Made by a program: the position numbers and the translations under genes
Notes under the pieces: model-generated
Database searches by the model: none
Told to the model about the DNA's origin: nothing
The model's input: the letters and a program-made list of their open reading frames with translations, nothing else
NCBI GenBank assembly: GCA_963775425.1
Contig: CAVZJB010000016.1
Span: 1,248,001 to 1,312,000, forward strand
Source: an uncultured delta proteobacterium
Lineage (GTDB): Bacteria; Myxococcota; UBA727; VGSZ01
DNA: 64,000 nt
Reading direction: 5' to 3'
Shown here: positions 61,532 through 64,000 of the stretch, one piece after another
How positions within the stretch are numbered: the first letter of the stretch is position 1
Layout of the letters: each line of letters starts with the position of its first letter

Positions 61532-62011
61532 TCATCGCGGACCGATGATCACGTCGCGCAGCACGCGGCCGCCCGCGGTGACGTCGTACTCGTGCTGCAG
61601 GCCGTCGACGTCGAGGACATAGATGTACACGACCTCGCCCGCGGCATCGACGTAGCTGCCCACCAGGAGCGCGTCGTCGAGGAAGGCGAGGCTCGGGTAG
61701 ACGGCCAGCGGGCCGTACAGCCCGTACCACACGCCGTAGGTGCGCCAGCCCGGCCGATGCACGTAGCCGTAGCGGTACCGGTCGACGTCGTGGTCGCGGC
61801 GGACGGGCACGCGGCGCACCTCGTGGCGCTCCGGCCTCCCGCGCGGCGGTCCCCGCTCGAACCGGCGCCCGCGCCCGCGCTCCTCGTGCTCTTCGTGTCC
61901 ACCACGGTGCTGCGCGGCGACGTCGCCGGCGAAGAGCACGCCCGCCGGCGCCGCCCTCGCGCCTCCGGCCAGCGCGCTCGCGAGCAGCATCGAAAGCATG
62001 ATGCGTTTCAT
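61532..62011 (-). CDS. Secreted hypothetical protein with Arg/His-rich disordered segment
   Basis: GGGAGG SD; signal peptide MKRIMLSMLLASALAGGARA. Confidence 0.65.
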   Translation of the reverse strand: MKRIMLSMLLASALAGGARAAPAGVLFAGDVAAQHRGGHEEHEERGRGRRFERGPPRGRPERHEVRRVPVRRDHDVDRYRYGYVHRPGWRTYGVWYGLYGPLAVYPSLAFLDDALLVGSYVDAAGEVVYIYVLDVDGLQHEYDVTAGGRVLRDVIIGPR

Positions 62012-62394
62012 CGCTGCCTCCCGACGAAAGCTAGCGACGCCGGTGTGCCCGGTCGGATAGCGCGCCGGCAAACACGGAGAATTTCCATCGTCGTTCGCCG
62101 CGCGCGCGCGCCTGTCGCGCCGCGCGTCATTCCGCAAAACGTCGTCGTCACGGACGCGCGGATCGCGCGGCTGGAGGAGCTGTCCGAGGCGGTCGTGCTT
62201 GCATGATCGACGGGATCATGTTGTGATCTGCCCCGTACCGCATCGCGGTAGCTCGTTTTTCCGGTGCCCTCGACGACGGGCACCCCTTTATGGACCGCGT
62301 TCCTCCGCACTCTCGGGCCTGTGGCGCTCGGGGGCGGCAACGCATTTCCACCGCGGCCGCCCGGCGCGACCGCACCAGCATCGCGAGGAGGCTC

Positions 62395-64000
62395 ATGAGC
62401 GATCATGCCGAACAACGTGTTGCCCCGTTCCAAGCAAACGGCTCGAGGAAGGATGCGGACGCGCACCTCGACGCCATCTGGGCACGCGCCTACCGCGCCA
62501 AGACCCGTGAGGACCTGAAACGCCTCTACGCGGACTGGGCCAAGACGTACGACGCCGACCACGAGAAGGTCGGCTTCTTCGGACATCGCCTCACCGCCGA
62601 AGTGCTGGCCCGCCACATGACGCGCCACGACGCCTCGCGCGTCCTCGACGCCGGCGCCGGCACCGGCGCCGCCGGCGAAGCGCTCGCCGCCGTCGGCTTC
62701 CGCGACCTCGTCGCCGTCGATCTCAGCGACGACATGCTCGCGCGCGCGCGCGAGAAGAACCTCTACTCGCAGACCATCGTGGCGGACCTCTCGCTGCCGG
62801 TGGACGCCTTCGGCGACGACGCGTTCGACGCGGCCGTCCTCGTCGGCGTGTTCTCGTACGGGCAGGCGCCCGCCGAGACCCTCGACGAGATCGTCCGGCT
62901 CGTGCGGCCCGGTGGCGTCGTCGCGTTCACCATGCGCACGGACTTCTACGACGAGGACGCCATGGGGGTCCGCACCCGCATGGAGATGCTCGAGCGCCGC
63001 GGCGCCTGGCTCCCCCTCGAGACCACCGAGGCCGCGCCGTACCTGCCCCACAAAGACCCGAACGCGATGTTCAAGGTGTGGTGCTACCGCGTCACCGGCC
63101 GCAAGACGCCGGAGGTCGAGGAGGGCTTCGAGGACGCCGTGCGCGAGGCGCTCGAGGGCGACGACTGGGTGAAGAAGATCGACCACGCGTGGATCTGGGA
63201 CTCCACCGCGTCGCGCCTCTACAACCGCTACACGCAGACCAACGGCTACTACCTCACCGACTGTGAGGAAGAGGTGCTGCGCGACCACGCCACCGAGATC
63301 CTCGGCGAGGAGCGCCTCGTCGTCGAGCTCGGCTGCGGCTCGGCCCGCAAGATCTGCCACGTGCTCGACGCCTGCGTCGCCCGCGGCGGCCCCGTGCGCT
63401 ACCTGCCCATCGACGTGTCCAAGGGCGCGCTGAAGGCCACGGAGGCGGAGGTGCGCCGGCGCTTCGGTGACAAGGTCACCATCGAGCCGCGCCAGGGGCT
63501 GTTCGACGACGTGCTGCCGAACCTGCCGGTGGGCGAGAAGAAGCTCGTGTTCTTCTTCGGCTCCTCCATCGGCAACCTCGACACCGTCGCCGACACCGTG
63601 GACTTCCTGAAGCGCCTGCGCTCGCGCCTGCACGACGGCGATCGCTTCGTCGTCGGCATGGATCTGCACAAGAACGAGACCGTGCTCGAGGCCGCGTACA
63701 ACGAGGAAGAGGCGTGCCGCGCCTTCTTCGTGCACATGGTCCGGCGCATCAACGAGCACCTCGGCGCCGACTTCGACCCGCGCGTGTTCAAGCTGTCGAG
63801 CGTGTACCAGGAGGAGAAGCACGACGCCGGCTTCCCCACCTGGCGCATGTGCCTGCGCGTCGCGCCCACGGAGCCGCAGCACACCTGGGTGCGCAAGCTC
63901 GGCATCGAGGCCCGCCTCGAGCCCGGACAACCCGTGCAGGTGGGCATCTCGCGCAAGTTCGAGCCGGAGAGCATCCGCAAGCTCGCGAAGCTCGCGGACA
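62395..64000 (+). CDS. Class I methyltransferase fused to an EgtD-like (Methyltransf_33) domain; 3' end outside window
   Basis: Missing from the ORF track (open-ended). AGGAGG SD; LYADWAKTYD...VLDAGAGTG...DLSDDML; then YYLTDCE, VELGCGSARK, YLPIDVS, FFGSSIGN, GMDLHK...LEAAYN and ISRKF. Confidence 0.88.
   Translation, partial: MSDHAEQRVAPFQANGSRKDADAHLDAIWARAYRAKTREDLKRLYADWAKTYDADHEKVGFFGHRLTAEVLARHMTRHDASRVLDAGAGTGAAGEALAAVGFRDLVAVDLSDDMLARAREKNLYSQTIVADLSLPVDAFGDDAFDAAVLVGVFSYGQAPAETLDEIVRLVRPGGVVAFTMRTDFYDEDAMGVRTRMEMLERRGAWLPLETTEAAPYLPHKDPNAMFKVWCYRVTGRKTPEVEEGFEDAVREALEGDDWVKKIDHAWIWDSTASRLYNRYTQTNGYYLTDCEEEVLRDHATEILGEERLVVELGCGSARKICHVLDACVARGGPVRYLPIDVSKGALKATEAEVRRRFGDKVTIEPRQGLFDDVLPNLPVGEKKLVFFFGSSIGNLDTVADTVDFLKRLRSRLHDGDRFVVGMDLHKNETVLEAAYNEEEACRAFFVHMVRRINEHLGADFDPRVFKLSSVYQEEKHDAGFPTWRMCLRVAPTEPQHTWVRKLGIEARLEPGQPVQVGISRKFEPESIRKLAKLAD

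Overview
High-GC (roughly 70%+) bacterial chromosome segment. MYXO-CTERM sorting tails, a bacNOP-like bactofilin triplet, Cys-rich secreted proteases and a Hanks-type kinase point to a Myxococcota/deltaproteobacterial genome. Left part (1-24.4 kb), mostly core genes: a very large secreted protein, a 22-aa Lys-rich micro-ORF with a structured leader, rlmK-like, pyrE, three bactofilins, comEC, GH75, an AMIN/charged-helix protein, mutY and a two-component cluster. A tRNA-Gly(CCC) at 24490 is followed by a decayed integrative island (~24.6-35.1 kb): broken tyrosine integrase, ParE-type TA pair, IS scars, a DUF2071-Ser/Thr kinase fusion, a DUF3494 ice-binding-like protein and gene remnants. Right part: fadD, three MYXO-CTERM proteins, a tightly coupled six-gene operon with four tandem double-YbjQ paralogues (best candidate for an uncharacterised system), yceI, marR, HAD, epimerase, rnj, two phosphoesterases and a methyltransferase-EgtD-like fusion that runs off the right end. 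Most long ORFs in the track are GC-rich shadow frames. All calls come from reading motifs by eye; no database searches were run.
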